64,000 nucleotides of DNA from an uncultured Puniceicoccaceae bacterium (GTDB lineage Bacteria; Verrucomicrobiota; Verrucomicrobiia; Opitutales; Oceanipulchritudinaceae), in contig CAWVVV010000003.1 in assembly GCA_963933835.1 (NCBI GenBank), positions 224,001 through 288,000 on the forward strand. The letters run 5' to 3'. Position numbers and translations under genes: made by a program. Below are positions 19,590-29,043 of this stretch, in pieces (position 1 is the stretch's first letter; each line of letters opens with the position of its first letter). The notes under the pieces are model-generated. The model was not told the origin of the DNA, searched no databases, and was given only the letters and a program-made list of their open reading frames with translations.

Positions 19590-20672
19590 ATGGAATGGCT
19601 TGTGCAAATCATCGCTGCCTTCTGGCAATTGAGTGAAGAAATGGCGCCCTATCTCCTCCTCGGATTTGGGTGCGCCGCTCTCCTACGCTGCGTGGTGACG
19701 GATGAAACCGTGCAACGCCACCTCGGCCAAGGCGGCTGGCGCCAGACCGTTAAAGCCTCCCTCATTGGCGTCCCACTGCCCCTCTGCTCCTGCGGCATCA
19801 TCCCCGTCGCGGCATCACTGCGCGAACAAGGCGGGAGTCCTGGAGCCGTCACCTCCTTCACTGCTTCGACCCCGCAGACAGGCGTTGACAGCATCCTCGC
19901 CACCGGCGCCCTCCTCAGTTGGCCTTTTGCCGCCATCCGCGTCGTCGTTGCCTTCATTAGCGGCGTCCTCGCTGGCACCCTCGTCGATCGCTTCGCCAGC
20001 TCAAAGCCTTCCTCCTCATCTTCCTCCTCCCAATCAAAGCCTTGTTGTTCTACTCCAGAACCCGAGCCCACCTGCTGCTCCACCCCCACCCCTGAGTCCG
20101 AGCCACTTTCATCAACCACCACTCAACATTCATCTTTCAAAGAGGCTCTCCACTTCGGGTTCGTCCGCTTGCCTTCCGATATAGGTGGCTCGCTCCTGCT
20201 CGGGCTTTTCCTAGCGGGCGTGCTTACGGTCTTACTCCCGAACGATCTTTCTGGGAGCCCATGGACGACCGGTGCCCTCGCCTACCTGATCACGACCGCC
20301 GCGGCCATCCCACTCTATGTCTGCTCCACCGGCTCTATCCCGATGGCATACGCTCTTCTCCACGCCGGCTTTAGCCCCGGCGCCGCGCTCATCTTTCTGA
20401 TCGCTGGGCCAGCGACAAACACAGCCACGATCACCGCCCTCACCAAGATGCTCGGTTCCAAAGCCGTCGCCCTCTACCTCGCAGCCATCATCCTCACCGC
20501 ATGGGTCAGTGCTGCCATCATCGACAAGTTCGGAGGCGTCATCCCGATCAACCACGGCCACGAGCAGATGGACATGAACACCGCATGGTGGAAAACAGCC
20601 TCGGCCGTCCTTCTTTTTGCCCTCCTTCTCTGGGGGCCTATCCAATCTCGGATTAAAACAAAACTGTCATGA
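19590..20672 (+). CDS. DUF318/ArsP-like permease (SO_0444-type metal transporter) with Cys-Cys linker
   Basis: GVPLPLCSCGIIP, TPQTGVDS, IPLYVCSTGSIP and FLIAGPATN; internal CCST repeats. Confidence 0.85.
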   Translation: MEWLVQIIAAFWQLSEEMAPYLLLGFGCAALLRCVVTDETVQRHLGQGGWRQTVKASLIGVPLPLCSCGIIPVAASLREQGGSPGAVTSFTASTPQTGVDSILATGALLSWPFAAIRVVVAFISGVLAGTLVDRFASSKPSSSSSSSQSKPCCSTPEPEPTCCSTPTPESEPLSSTTTQHSSFKEALHFGFVRLPSDIGGSLLLGLFLAGVLTVLLPNDLSGSPWTTGALAYLITTAAAIPLYVCSTGSIPMAYALLHAGFSPGAALIFLIAGPATNTATITALTKMLGSKAVALYLAAIILTAWVSAAIIDKFGGVIPINHGHEQMDMNTAWWKTASAVLLFALLLWGPIQSRIKTKLS

Positions 20673-21135
20673 AAATCCTACGATATTTCGTAATCACTTT
20701 TCTATCCCTTACGGCACTTAACTGCGTAGCGGCGCCAACAAAAGCGCTCGTTGATAGCGTCCTTCCCACCTACTTTGACGCCCAAGAGGCCCTCGCCGAC
20801 GACGACCTCAAAGCCGCTCAAGCCGATGGGGAAAAGCTCCTCGCCATCGCGGCAACCGAATCAGCTTTCGTTAGCTTCACTGAAAGCCTCGAATCCATGC
20901 TCGCGACCGATGATCTCGAAAAGGGCGCGCCGAGTTCCTCAAGCTCAGCAATCTCTTCATCCCGATGGTCGAAGCCGCCGGCACCAGCACTGACGTCTAT
21001 GTCGCCTACTGCCCGATGGCTTTTGGCTACACCGGAGGCACTTGGCTCCAAGCCAATAACAAGGTCCTCAACCCCTACCAAGGCTCCCGTATGCTCCATT
21101 GCGGCGCGATCCAGCGGAAGATCGAGAAGGAGTAA
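20669..21135 (+). pseudogene. DUF3347-family periplasmic metal-associated protein with a 1-nt frameshift
   Basis: YFDAQEALADDD in the annotated frame. After ~20925 the shifted frame reads AEFLKLSN...YCPMAFGYTGGTWLQ...NPYQGSRMLHCG to TAA at 21133-21135. Confidence 0.8.
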
Positions 21136-21343
21136 GGCTCCACTTATTTTCCTTGGCATTTAGATCAAACGATAAACCCTTTAGAGCCTTCTCTTTGGGG
21201 AAAGGAATGAAGCAAGCTTAGAACACCGTAGCCAGAAGGCGGTCTAAGTGAGCTGAGTCTCCCTCTGTTGCGGTTGCTGGATCGGTTTCGCCGACTTCCA
21301 AATACTTTGACTCTCATTTTCTTTAGACAAAACTTCCATTTCT

Positions 21344-24300
21344 ATGTCCGTATCTCAGAAATCTCCGCTCGGCTGGCCGAAACCCCAAGGTCTTTGGCAT
21401 CCATCCCGCGAAAAAGACGCATGCGGCGTTGGCTTCATCGCTCACCTCAAAGGCAAGCGCTCCCACGATATCATCCAGAAGACGCTCACGATGAACGAGC
21501 ATATGGATCACCGTGGTGCTAGCGGCTCGGATCCGGCAACGGGCGATGGCGCGGGCATATTTGTCCAAATACCCGACAAATTCCTCCGCAAGGAAATGGG
21601 CAAGCAAGGGATCGAACTGCCCCCCGAGGGCTCTTACGGCTCCGGACTCGTCTTCCTCTCGCCCGAAACGAGCGAACGCGAAGCGGCCATGCAGGTCTAT
21701 GAACATGTCATCCGTGAGGAAGGACAGAAGTTCATCGGCTGGCGCAGGGTCCCGGTCAAAAGCGAAATCCTCGGCAAAACCTCCGGTCGCTACGAGCCGA
21801 AGATCAAGCAGGTATTCATCGAGAAGAGCGCCGACATCACCGACCCGATGGAATTCGAGCGGAAGCTCTACATCATCCGCCGCCGCGTCGCCTACTGGAT
21901 CGCGCACAACGAACAACCGTTTAAGTTCTCGGATGTTCACGGCAACAAGTCCAACTCGTTCCCAGGTAAGGATTACCACTACATCACCAACCTTTCTGCC
22001 CGCACGATGGTTTATAAGGGCATGCTGACCCCGTGTCAGTTGGCTGAATATTTCCCAGATTTACATGACCCGGATTTCGAGTCTGCGCTCGCGCTGATGC
22101 ACACTCGATTTTCCACCAATACTTTCCCTAGTTGGTCCCGTGCCCACCCGAACCGCTTCATCGCCCACAACGGCGAAATCAACACGGTCATTGGCAATTC
22201 CAACTTCATGAAGGCGCGCGAATCGCTCTGCCAAAGCGAGCACTTCGGCGAGCACATCGAGCAGATCTTTCCCGTCATCAATGAAGATGGCTCGGACTCC
22301 GCCCGCTTGGACAATGCCCTCGAGTTCATGCATTTCGGCGGCTACGACCTCGTGCATGCCATGATGATGATGATCCCAGAGCCTTGGGAACGTCACACCA
22401 TGATGGATGAGGAAAAGAAGGCCTTCTACGAATACCACGCCTGCTTGATGGAGCCTTGGGACGGCCCCGCTTCGATTACTTTCTCGGACGGACAGCAAAT
22501 CGGCGCCGTGCTCGACCGCAATGGCCTGCGTCCGAGCCGCTACTATGTTACCAATGACGACCTCGTCATCATGGCCTCAGAAGTTGGCGTTATCCCTGAC
22601 ATCGATCCCCTCACCGTGATCGAAAAGGGCCGCCTACAACCTGGCCGCATGTTCCTCGTGGACATGAAAGAAGGTCGCATCGTGCCCGACGAGGAAATCA
22701 AGAAGCGTGTCTACTCCGCCAAGCCTTATCAGAAATGGCTCAGCGACAACCGCATCTTCCTTAAGGACCTGCCGAACCCCAAAGCCGAGAAATCCGTCGA
22801 GGAAGAACGCATCCTCGAGCGCCAAATCGCTTTTGGGTACACTTACGAAGATCTCCGCGCCCTGCTCGGACCCACTGCTACCAGCGGTGTGCAACCGATC
22901 GCGTCGATGGGTAATGACACCCCGCTCGCGGTCCTCTCGGACAAGCCGAAGCACCTTTATCAGTATTTCAAACAGATCTTCGCCCAGGTCACCAACCCGG
23001 CGCTCGACTGCATCCGCGAGGAACTCGTCACCTCCACGGAAACCTTTATCGGCTCCGAGGGCAACCTGCTCGAACCCGGACCGAAGAGCTGTCGCATGGT
23101 CCGTCTCGACAACCCGCTCATTGACAACACCCAACTCGCGAAACTGCGCGAGATCACAGAAGACGGGTTCAAGGCCACCACGCTCAACGCCCTCTTCCCC
23201 GCCGACAGCGATGGCAAGAGCCTCGAAGACGCCTTAAGCGAACTCTGCGCCGGCGCCGACCAAGCCATTACAGACGGACATAATATTCTAATTATCTCCG
23301 ACCGTAATATCGACAAGGACAACGCCGCGCTCCCAACCCTGCTCGCGATGGGCGCTATCCACGAGCACCTCGTCGATGCTGGCACCCGCACCCGCGTCTC
23401 GATCGTTCTCGAATCCGGAGAAGCCCGCGAAGTCCATCATTTTGCCACCCTCATCGGCTTCGGAGCGGATGCGATCAACCCTTACATGGCCTTCGAATCT
23501 CTGCATCAGATGATTCGGGATGACATGATCGACATCGAGCTCGACAAGGCAGTTTACAACTTCATCAAGGGATCGATCAAAGGCGTCGTCAAGACGATGG
23601 CCAAGATGGGTATCTCCACTGTCGCCTCCTACCGTGGCGCACAGATCTTCGAAACGATTGGCCTCAATTCCGATCTGGTGAACAAGTATTTCACCGGCAC
23701 CTCCGCCCGTTGTGAAGGCTCGGGCCTCACGCAGATCGCCGAGGAATCCCTCATCCGCCACCGCGCCGCATTCCCAGACCGCCACATCGAAGTCGATGAT
23801 CAGGCGCTCGACTCCGGCGGCATGTATCAATGGCGCAAAGATGGTGAATACCACCTCTTCAACCCAGAAACGATTCACCTTCTCCAGAAGGCCGTCCGCA
23901 CCGGCAGCTACGAAGTTTACAAGCAATACGCTCAGAAGGTGAATGACCAAGGCGAGAACCTATCAACCCTCCGTGGCTTGATGAAGTTCCGCAGCAACCG
24001 TAAGCCCGTCCCGATCGACGAGGTCGAACCGATTGAAGCCATCACTAAGCGCTTCAAGACCGGTGCGATGTCCTACGGCTCCATTTCGCAGGAAGCCCAC
24101 GAGACCCTCGCCATCGCGATGAACCGTATCGGCGGCAAGTCGAACACCGGTGAAGGTGGCGAAGATCCAGAACGCTTTAAAACGATGGAGAATGGTGACA
24201 GCAAACGCTCCGCCATCAAACAGGTCGCGTCCGGCCGCTTCGGCGTCACCGGCGAATACCTCGTCAATGCCGACGAGATCCAAATCAAGATTTCTCAGGG

Positions 24301-26014
24301 CGCTAAGCCCGGCGAAGGGGGCGAACTCCCTGGCTCCAAGGTCTATCCATGGGTTGCCAAAGTTCGCCACTCCACTCCCGGCGTTGGACTCGTTTCCCCG
24401 CCTCCGCACCATGACATCTACTCGATCGAAGACCTCGCTGAGTTGATCCATGACCTGAAGAACTCCAACCCGCGCGCCCGCATCAACGTGAAGCTCGTCG
24501 CCGAAGTTGGAGTCGGAACCATCGCCGCTGGTGTCGCCAAGGCGCACGCCGACGTCATCCTCATCGCAGGCCACGACGGCGGAACCGGTGCATCCCCTGC
24601 CTCGTCCATCTACAATGCGGGTGCCCCATGGGAACTCGGCCTTGCGGAGACGAACCAGATTCTACTCCTCAACGACCTGCGCAGCCGCGTCGTTCTCGAA
24701 ACAGACGGCCAACTCAAGACCGGCCGCGATGTCGCGATCGCCGCCCTCCTCGGTGCAGAGGAATACGGCTTCGCTACCGCCCCACTCGTCAGCATGGGTT
24801 GCCTCATGATGCGCGTCTGCCAGAAGAACACCTGCCCAGTCGGCGTCGCCACCCAGAACCCCGAGCTTCGGAAGAATTTCACCGGCAAGCCCGAGCACGT
24901 CGTCAATTTCATGCGCTTCATCGCAGAAGAATTGCGCGAGCACATGGCCGCATACGGTTTCCGTACGATCAATGAAATGGTCGGCCATGTCGAATGCCTC
25001 GACGCCGCCGCCGCCGCCGATCACTGGAAGGCCAAGGGCGTCGATCTCACATCGATCTTCCACAAGCCCGATGTCGACGACAACGTCGGCTCCTACTGCC
25101 AGCAAGAGCAGGATCACGGCCTCGATGTCGCGCTCGATAACACCCATTTGCTCGCGCTCTGTAGACCCGCCATCGAACGTGGCGAAAAAGTCCGCGCCGA
25201 GCTCCCGATCACGAACATCAACCGCGTCGTCGGGACCATCACCGGCAGCGAAATCAGTCGCAAATACGGTAGCGCGGGTCTGCCCGAGGACACGATCGAA
25301 CTCAAGTTTAACGGTAGCGCCGGCCAATCCTTCGCCGCCTTCACGCCTCCCGGCATGACCTTCACCCTCGAGGGCGATGCCAACGACTACGTCGGCAAAG
25401 GCCTCTCCGGTGCCAAGATCGTGATCTATCCGCCAAAGGGCTCCCTCTTCGTCCCCGAGGATAACATCCTCATCGGCAACGTTGCCTTTTACGGAGCCAC
25501 CCTCGGAGAAGCCTACATCAACGGCATCGCCGGCGAGCGCTTCTGCGTCCGCAACTCCGGTGTTAAGACCGTTGTCGAAGGTGTTGGCGACCACGGCTGC
25601 GAATACATGACCGGCGGCCAAGTCATCGTGCTTGGCTCGACTGGGCGTAACTTCGCTGCGGGCATGTCCGGCGGTGTAGCCTACGTTTACGACATCGACG
25701 GCAAGTTTGAGGATCGCCTCAACCACAGCATGGTGAACCTCTATCGCCTCGTTGAATGCGGCGACGAAGACATCGCCAGCGTCAAAGCTGAGATCGAAAA
25801 ACACCTCGCCCTTACTGGCTCGAACCGCGCCAAGGAAATCCTCGATAACTGGGACCGCGAACTTCCTAAGTTCCACAAGGTCTTCCCGCGCGACTACGAA
25901 CGCATGCTCGCATGTTTCAAGAAAGTCGAAGAGCAGGGACTCTCCGGAGACGAGGCAGCGATGGCCGCCTTCGAGCAAAACATGGCGGATACCTCACGCG
26001 TCGGCGGCAACTAG
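21344..26014 (+). CDS. gltB: Glutamate synthase large subunit
   Basis: [65 protein letters not shown] and GXGXG domain. Confidence 0.97.
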   Translation: MSVSQKSPLGWPKPQGLWHPSREKDACGVGFIAHLKGKRSHDIIQKTLTMNEHMDHRGASGSDPATGDGAGIFVQIPDKFLRKEMGKQGIELPPEGSYGSGLVFLSPETSEREAAMQVYEHVIREEGQKFIGWRRVPVKSEILGKTSGRYEPKIKQVFIEKSADITDPMEFERKLYIIRRRVAYWIAHNEQPFKFSDVHGNKSNSFPGKDYHYITNLSARTMVYKGMLTPCQLAEYFPDLHDPDFESALALMHTRFSTNTFPSWSRAHPNRFIAHNGEINTVIGNSNFMKARESLCQSEHFGEHIEQIFPVINEDGSDSARLDNALEFMHFGGYDLVHAMMMMIPEPWERHTMMDEEKKAFYEYHACLMEPWDGPASITFSDGQQIGAVLDRNGLRPSRYYVTNDDLVIMASEVGVIPDIDPLTVIEKGRLQPGRMFLVDMKEGRIVPDEEIKKRVYSAKPYQKWLSDNRIFLKDLPNPKAEKSVEEERILERQIAFGYTYEDLRALLGPTATSGVQPIASMGNDTPLAVLSDKPKHLYQYFKQIFAQVTNPALDCIREELVTSTETFIGSEGNLLEPGPKSCRMVRLDNPLIDNTQLAKLREITEDGFKATTLNALFPADSDGKSLEDALSELCAGADQAITDGHNILIISDRNIDKDNAALPTLLAMGAIHEHLVDAGTRTRVSIVLESGEAREVHHFATLIGFGADAINPYMAFESLHQMIRDDMIDIELDKAVYNFIKGSIKGVVKTMAKMGISTVASYRGAQIFETIGLNSDLVNKYFTGTSARCEGSGLTQIAEESLIRHRAAFPDRHIEVDDQALDSGGMYQWRKDGEYHLFNPETIHLLQKAVRTGSYEVYKQYAQKVNDQGENLSTLRGLMKFRSNRKPVPIDEVEPIEAITKRFKTGAMSYGSISQEAHETLAIAMNRIGGKSNTGEGGEDPERFKTMENGDSKRSAIKQVASGRFGVTGEYLVNADEIQIKISQGAKPGEGGELPGSKVYPWVAKVRHSTPGVGLVSPPPHHDIYSIEDLAELIHDLKNSNPRARINVKLVAEVGVGTIAAGVAKAHADVILIAGHDGGTGASPASSIYNAGAPWELGLAETNQILLLNDLRSRVVLETDGQLKTGRDVAIAALLGAEEYGFATAPLVSMGCLMMRVCQKNTCPVGVATQNPELRKNFTGKPEHVVNFMRFIAEELREHMAAYGFRTINEMVGHVECLDAAAAADHWKAKGVDLTSIFHKPDVDDNVGSYCQQEQDHGLDVALDNTHLLALCRPAIERGEKVRAELPITNINRVVGTITGSEISRKYGSAGLPEDTIELKFNGSAGQSFAAFTPPGMTFTLEGDANDYVGKGLSGAKIVIYPPKGSLFVPEDNILIGNVAFYGATLGEAYINGIAGERFCVRNSGVKTVVEGVGDHGCEYMTGGQVIVLGSTGRNFAAGMSGGVAYVYDIDGKFEDRLNHSMVNLYRLVECGDEDIASVKAEIEKHLALTGSNRAKEILDNWDRELPKFHKVFPRDYERMLACFKKVEEQGLSGDEAAMAAFEQNMADTSRVGGN

Positions 26015-26055
26015 TAGCGATCACTTCAATTCAAAACCTTTAATACCTTATCATC

Positions 26056-27552
26056 ATGGGCAAACCCACAGGATTCCTTGAAATCAAGCGGCAGACCGAT
26101 TCTGAAACCGCACCCCTCGAGCGCATCAAAAACTGGAGTGAATTCAAAATCCACGGCGATCCGAAAGAACGTGCCGCCCAAGGCGCACGTTGCATGGATT
26201 GCGGCACTCCTTTTTGCCACACGGGTCACATCGTGTCCGGCATGGCTAGCGGCTGCCCGATCAACAACCTGATCCCAGAGTGGAACGACCTCATCTTCCG
26301 TGGTCGTTGGAAGGAAGCGATTGAGCGCCTTCATAAGACGAACAACTTCCCTGAGTTCACCGGCCGCGTCTGCCCCGCTCCTTGCGAAGGCTCATGCGTG
26401 CTCAGTGTGATCGAGCCCGCCGTCACAATTAAGAACAACGAGCAGGCCATCACCGACCGCGCTTGGGACGAAGGTTGGATCAAAGCCAACGCTCCCGCTT
26501 CACGCACCGGCAAGAAGGTCGCCGTCATCGGCTCCGGCCCTGCCGGCCTCTCCGCTGCCGACCAGCTCAACCAAGCCGGACACAGCGTCACCGTTTTCGA
26601 GCGTGAAGACCGCATTGGCGGCCTCCTCATGTATGGTATCCCCAACATGAAACTCGAAAAGGAGGGAGTCGTCACCCGCCGCGTCAACATGATGCGCGAG
26701 GAAGGCATTGAATTTAAAACCGGCATCTTCATCGGCAAGGACTCCAAGTGGACCGCTGAGAAGCTCCGTAAGGACTTTGAAGCCACCGTGCTCTGTTGCG
26801 GTGCTACCCTTGGCCGTGATCTCCCGATCGAGAACCGTGACGCCGAGGGCGTGCACCTCGCGATGGAGTTCCTCACGACCAACACGCGCCACCAGCTCGA
26901 CAACAAGTTCAACGGCACCAATCCGGAGCTCAATGCCACCGGCAAAGACGTCGTCGTCATCGGTGGTGGTGATACCGGCACCGACTGCGTAGGTACCAGC
27001 CTGCGTCATGGCTGCAAAAGCGTCGTCCAACTTGAAATCATGCCACAGCCGCCAATGGAGCGCGCTGAAAACAACCCGTGGCCGGAATGGCCTAAGGTTT
27101 ACAAAATGGACTACGGCCAAGAAGAAGCCGCCGCCAAGCAAGGTCAGGACCCCCGCTCCTACCTCGTGCAGACCAAGCAATTTATCAAGGACGATGCCGG
27201 TAAGCTTACAGGCCTCGAAATCTGTGAAATCGAATGGGGCAAAGACGACCAAGGTCGCTTCATCCCACAGGAAAAAGAAGGCACCGCCCGCGTCATTCCC
27301 GCTCAACTTTGCCTCCTCGCGATGGGCTTCCTCGGACCGGAACAAGAGATCGTTGACAAGTTCGCCCTCGAGACCGACCCACGCTCCAACGTCAAAGCCG
27401 AGCACGAGAAATACACCACCAATGTCCCAGGCGTCTTTGCCGCCGGTGACATGCGCCGTGGTCAATCCCTCGTCGTCTGGGCCATCAATGAAGGCCGCGG
27501 CGCCGCCCGCGAATGCGACCGCTTCCTCATGGGCGCAACTAACTTGCCGTAA
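26056..27552 (+). CDS. gltD: Glutamate synthase small subunit
   Basis: [44 protein letters not shown] and [14 protein letters not shown]. Confidence 0.97.
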   Translation: MGKPTGFLEIKRQTDSETAPLERIKNWSEFKIHGDPKERAAQGARCMDCGTPFCHTGHIVSGMASGCPINNLIPEWNDLIFRGRWKEAIERLHKTNNFPEFTGRVCPAPCEGSCVLSVIEPAVTIKNNEQAITDRAWDEGWIKANAPASRTGKKVAVIGSGPAGLSAADQLNQAGHSVTVFEREDRIGGLLMYGIPNMKLEKEGVVTRRVNMMREEGIEFKTGIFIGKDSKWTAEKLRKDFEATVLCCGATLGRDLPIENRDAEGVHLAMEFLTTNTRHQLDNKFNGTNPELNATGKDVVVIGGGDTGTDCVGTSLRHGCKSVVQLEIMPQPPMERAENNPWPEWPKVYKMDYGQEEAAAKQGQDPRSYLVQTKQFIKDDAGKLTGLEICEIEWGKDDQGRFIPQEKEGTARVIPAQLCLLAMGFLGPEQEIVDKFALETDPRSNVKAEHEKYTTNVPGVFAAGDMRRGQSLVVWAINEGRGAARECDRFLMGATNLP

Positions 27553-27577
27553 GCTGACGGCAACCGCTTTGCCCCTC

Positions 27578-27691
27578 TCCAGAGCACTCAGCAGCGCACT
27601 CTACCTGGAGGAAACGGCTCCGCCGGTCCGCCGTCGCCCTACCCTAAAAACACGCCCAAAGGTAGGGATGGCTGTCCCCAGCCGCACGCAG
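27578..27691. repeat. Cluster of GTAG-type REP-like palindromes
   Basis: Plus-strand GGTAGGGATGGCTG-TCCC-CAGCCGCACGCAG (27661-27691); two more GGTAG-initiated imperfect palindromes on the minus strand starting at 27643 and 27605. Confidence 0.6.
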
Positions 27692-27797
27692 CGCTGCTCC
27701 ATAAGCGCGCCCTCAATGCCGACTATAGTCGGCTGCTCATCTAAAGGCTTGCACCGATCTACTAAATAATAGAGCGTAGCGTGACGTTTTATTATAT

Positions 27798-28346
27798 ATG
27801 CCTTCTGAATTGGACAATGAATGGATTCAAAAAGCTCTCCGCCGTCTTGGCGAGCTGGGGATAGCTGCGGGCATCCAGATCGAACTCAATATCTACGGAG
27901 GCTCCGCCATGATTCTCGCCTACCAGATCGGGCGTAGAACAAAAGACGTCGACGCCATCTTCACCCCGCGCGAAGAGGTTCTAAAGCTTTCTAAACAAGT
28001 CGCTGTCGAGCTCTCGCTCGATGAGTCCTGGTTGAATGACGAGGTGAAGGTCTTCGTCGCACCATTTGAGCAGAAACGCCTCCTTCCCCTCGAGTTCGAA
28101 GGCCTACGTATCCAGGTACCGACCGCGAATTACCTTCTGACGATGAAAGCCTTGGCCGCACGTCGACCAGCACCCGGCTATCCCGGCGACCACAGCGATC
28201 TCGTTTTTCTCATCCGAAAATTGGAAATCCACTCTGTTAAGGAAATTCAGGAAACAATCGATAAGCACTTCCCTGACGATGTCCTCCCCACCGACAAAGC
28301 GATCTATCTGGAAGAAATCATCGAGGAGGTTTGGTCCAATGAATAA
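27798..28346 (+). CDS. DUF6036/AbiEii-like nucleotidyltransferase
   Basis: IYGGSAMIL...RRTKDVDA, SWLNDEV, YLLTMKALAARR and DHSDL. Confidence 0.8.
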   Translation: MPSELDNEWIQKALRRLGELGIAAGIQIELNIYGGSAMILAYQIGRRTKDVDAIFTPREEVLKLSKQVAVELSLDESWLNDEVKVFVAPFEQKRLLPLEFEGLRIQVPTANYLLTMKALAARRPAPGYPGDHSDLVFLIRKLEIHSVKEIQETIDKHFPDDVLPTDKAIYLEEIIEEVWSNE

Positions 28347-28866
28347 CGAAGCTCCCAGTCGCTGGCCACGCACTCTCGCCGAAGTGGCCGCATTTAGCCA
28401 AAGTCTAGAAGACTTCGGACGCTACCTCCGCGAATGGGAACACTCGATCTCGCGCAAAGGCGTGCACAGTCGCCCCGGCCTCAGGAAAGCCCTCGCCGAC
28501 GAACCCATTGTATTAGAAAATAAATACACTGGCGGTGATATCGCCGACGCCTACCTGGCCGCCCTTGCAGAATGGCTCGTCCGCAAGCACGCGCTCAAAG
28601 AGATCGACTGGCCCAAAGATCCTAACCGCTACACCGAGCAAGCCTGGTGGGCAAACGGCTTTCAAGCCTCCCTCCTCGCCAGCACCCCAGCCTCTTTTCG
28701 CACGCGTAATCTTTTCACCATTCCGCACGACCCCTTCAAATCCCGCCGCGGACGCCCGCCCGTCACTGAAGAACAAAAACGCGAAAAACAAAGAGTCCGC
28801 CAAAAACGCTACCGCGATCACACGCGCGAGCTCCTCCAAATAGCCCGACAATTGGGGCACAGCTAA
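28339..28866 (+). CDS. Partner protein of the nucleotidyltransferase (antitoxin-like) with basic C-terminal helix
   Basis: Overlaps the upstream stop; DAYLAALAEWL, TPASFRTRNLF and C-terminal RRGRPP...KQRVRQKRYR. Confidence 0.65.
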   Translation: MNNEAPSRWPRTLAEVAAFSQSLEDFGRYLREWEHSISRKGVHSRPGLRKALADEPIVLENKYTGGDIADAYLAALAEWLVRKHALKEIDWPKDPNRYTEQAWWANGFQASLLASTPASFRTRNLFTIPHDPFKSRRGRPPVTEEQKREKQRVRQKRYRDHTRELLQIARQLGHS

Positions 28867-28887
28867 GAGCGAATTTCATGCTCAACA

Positions 28888-29043
28888 ACTGCGGTCGGTT
28901 GGGGACAACCGACCCTACCCTAAACCCTGTTATCCTGAACATCCTGTCCAGCCATGTAGAAAACCCTCTGTGCCTCTGTGCCTCCGTGAGAAATCTATCT
29001 CTTTACTACTGCGGTCGGTTAGGGACAACCGACCCTACCCTAA
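28888..29043 (-). repeat. Two 36-bp GTAG-type REP copies with a 120-bp period
   Basis: ACTGCGGTCGGTT(G/A)GGGACAACCGACCCTACCCTAA at 28888-28923 and 29008-29043 (one mismatch); the reverse complement is GTAG followed by a GGTCGGTT/AACCGACC hairpin. Confidence 0.8.

Noticed and set aside
20000..20130. Ser/Pro/Cys-Cys low-complexity tract in the permease
   Set aside because: A variable metal-binding linker is usual for DUF318 permeases; not a separate element.
21136..21343. Possible riboswitch upstream of gltB (CTTAGA..ACCG/CGGTCTAAG stem)
   Set aside because: One bulged stem only; I could not match the conserved core of any known riboswitch.
21323..27465. Long antisense ORFs over gltB/gltD (e.g. 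24662-25978, 26500-27465)
   Set aside because: Shadow ORFs from biased codon usage of the sense genes; no recognisable motifs.
28888..29043. 36-bp palindromic direct repeats resembling a CRISPR array
   Set aside because: Only two copies, an 84-bp spacer made of micro-repeats, no cas genes, and a GTAG+hairpin structure typical of REPs.
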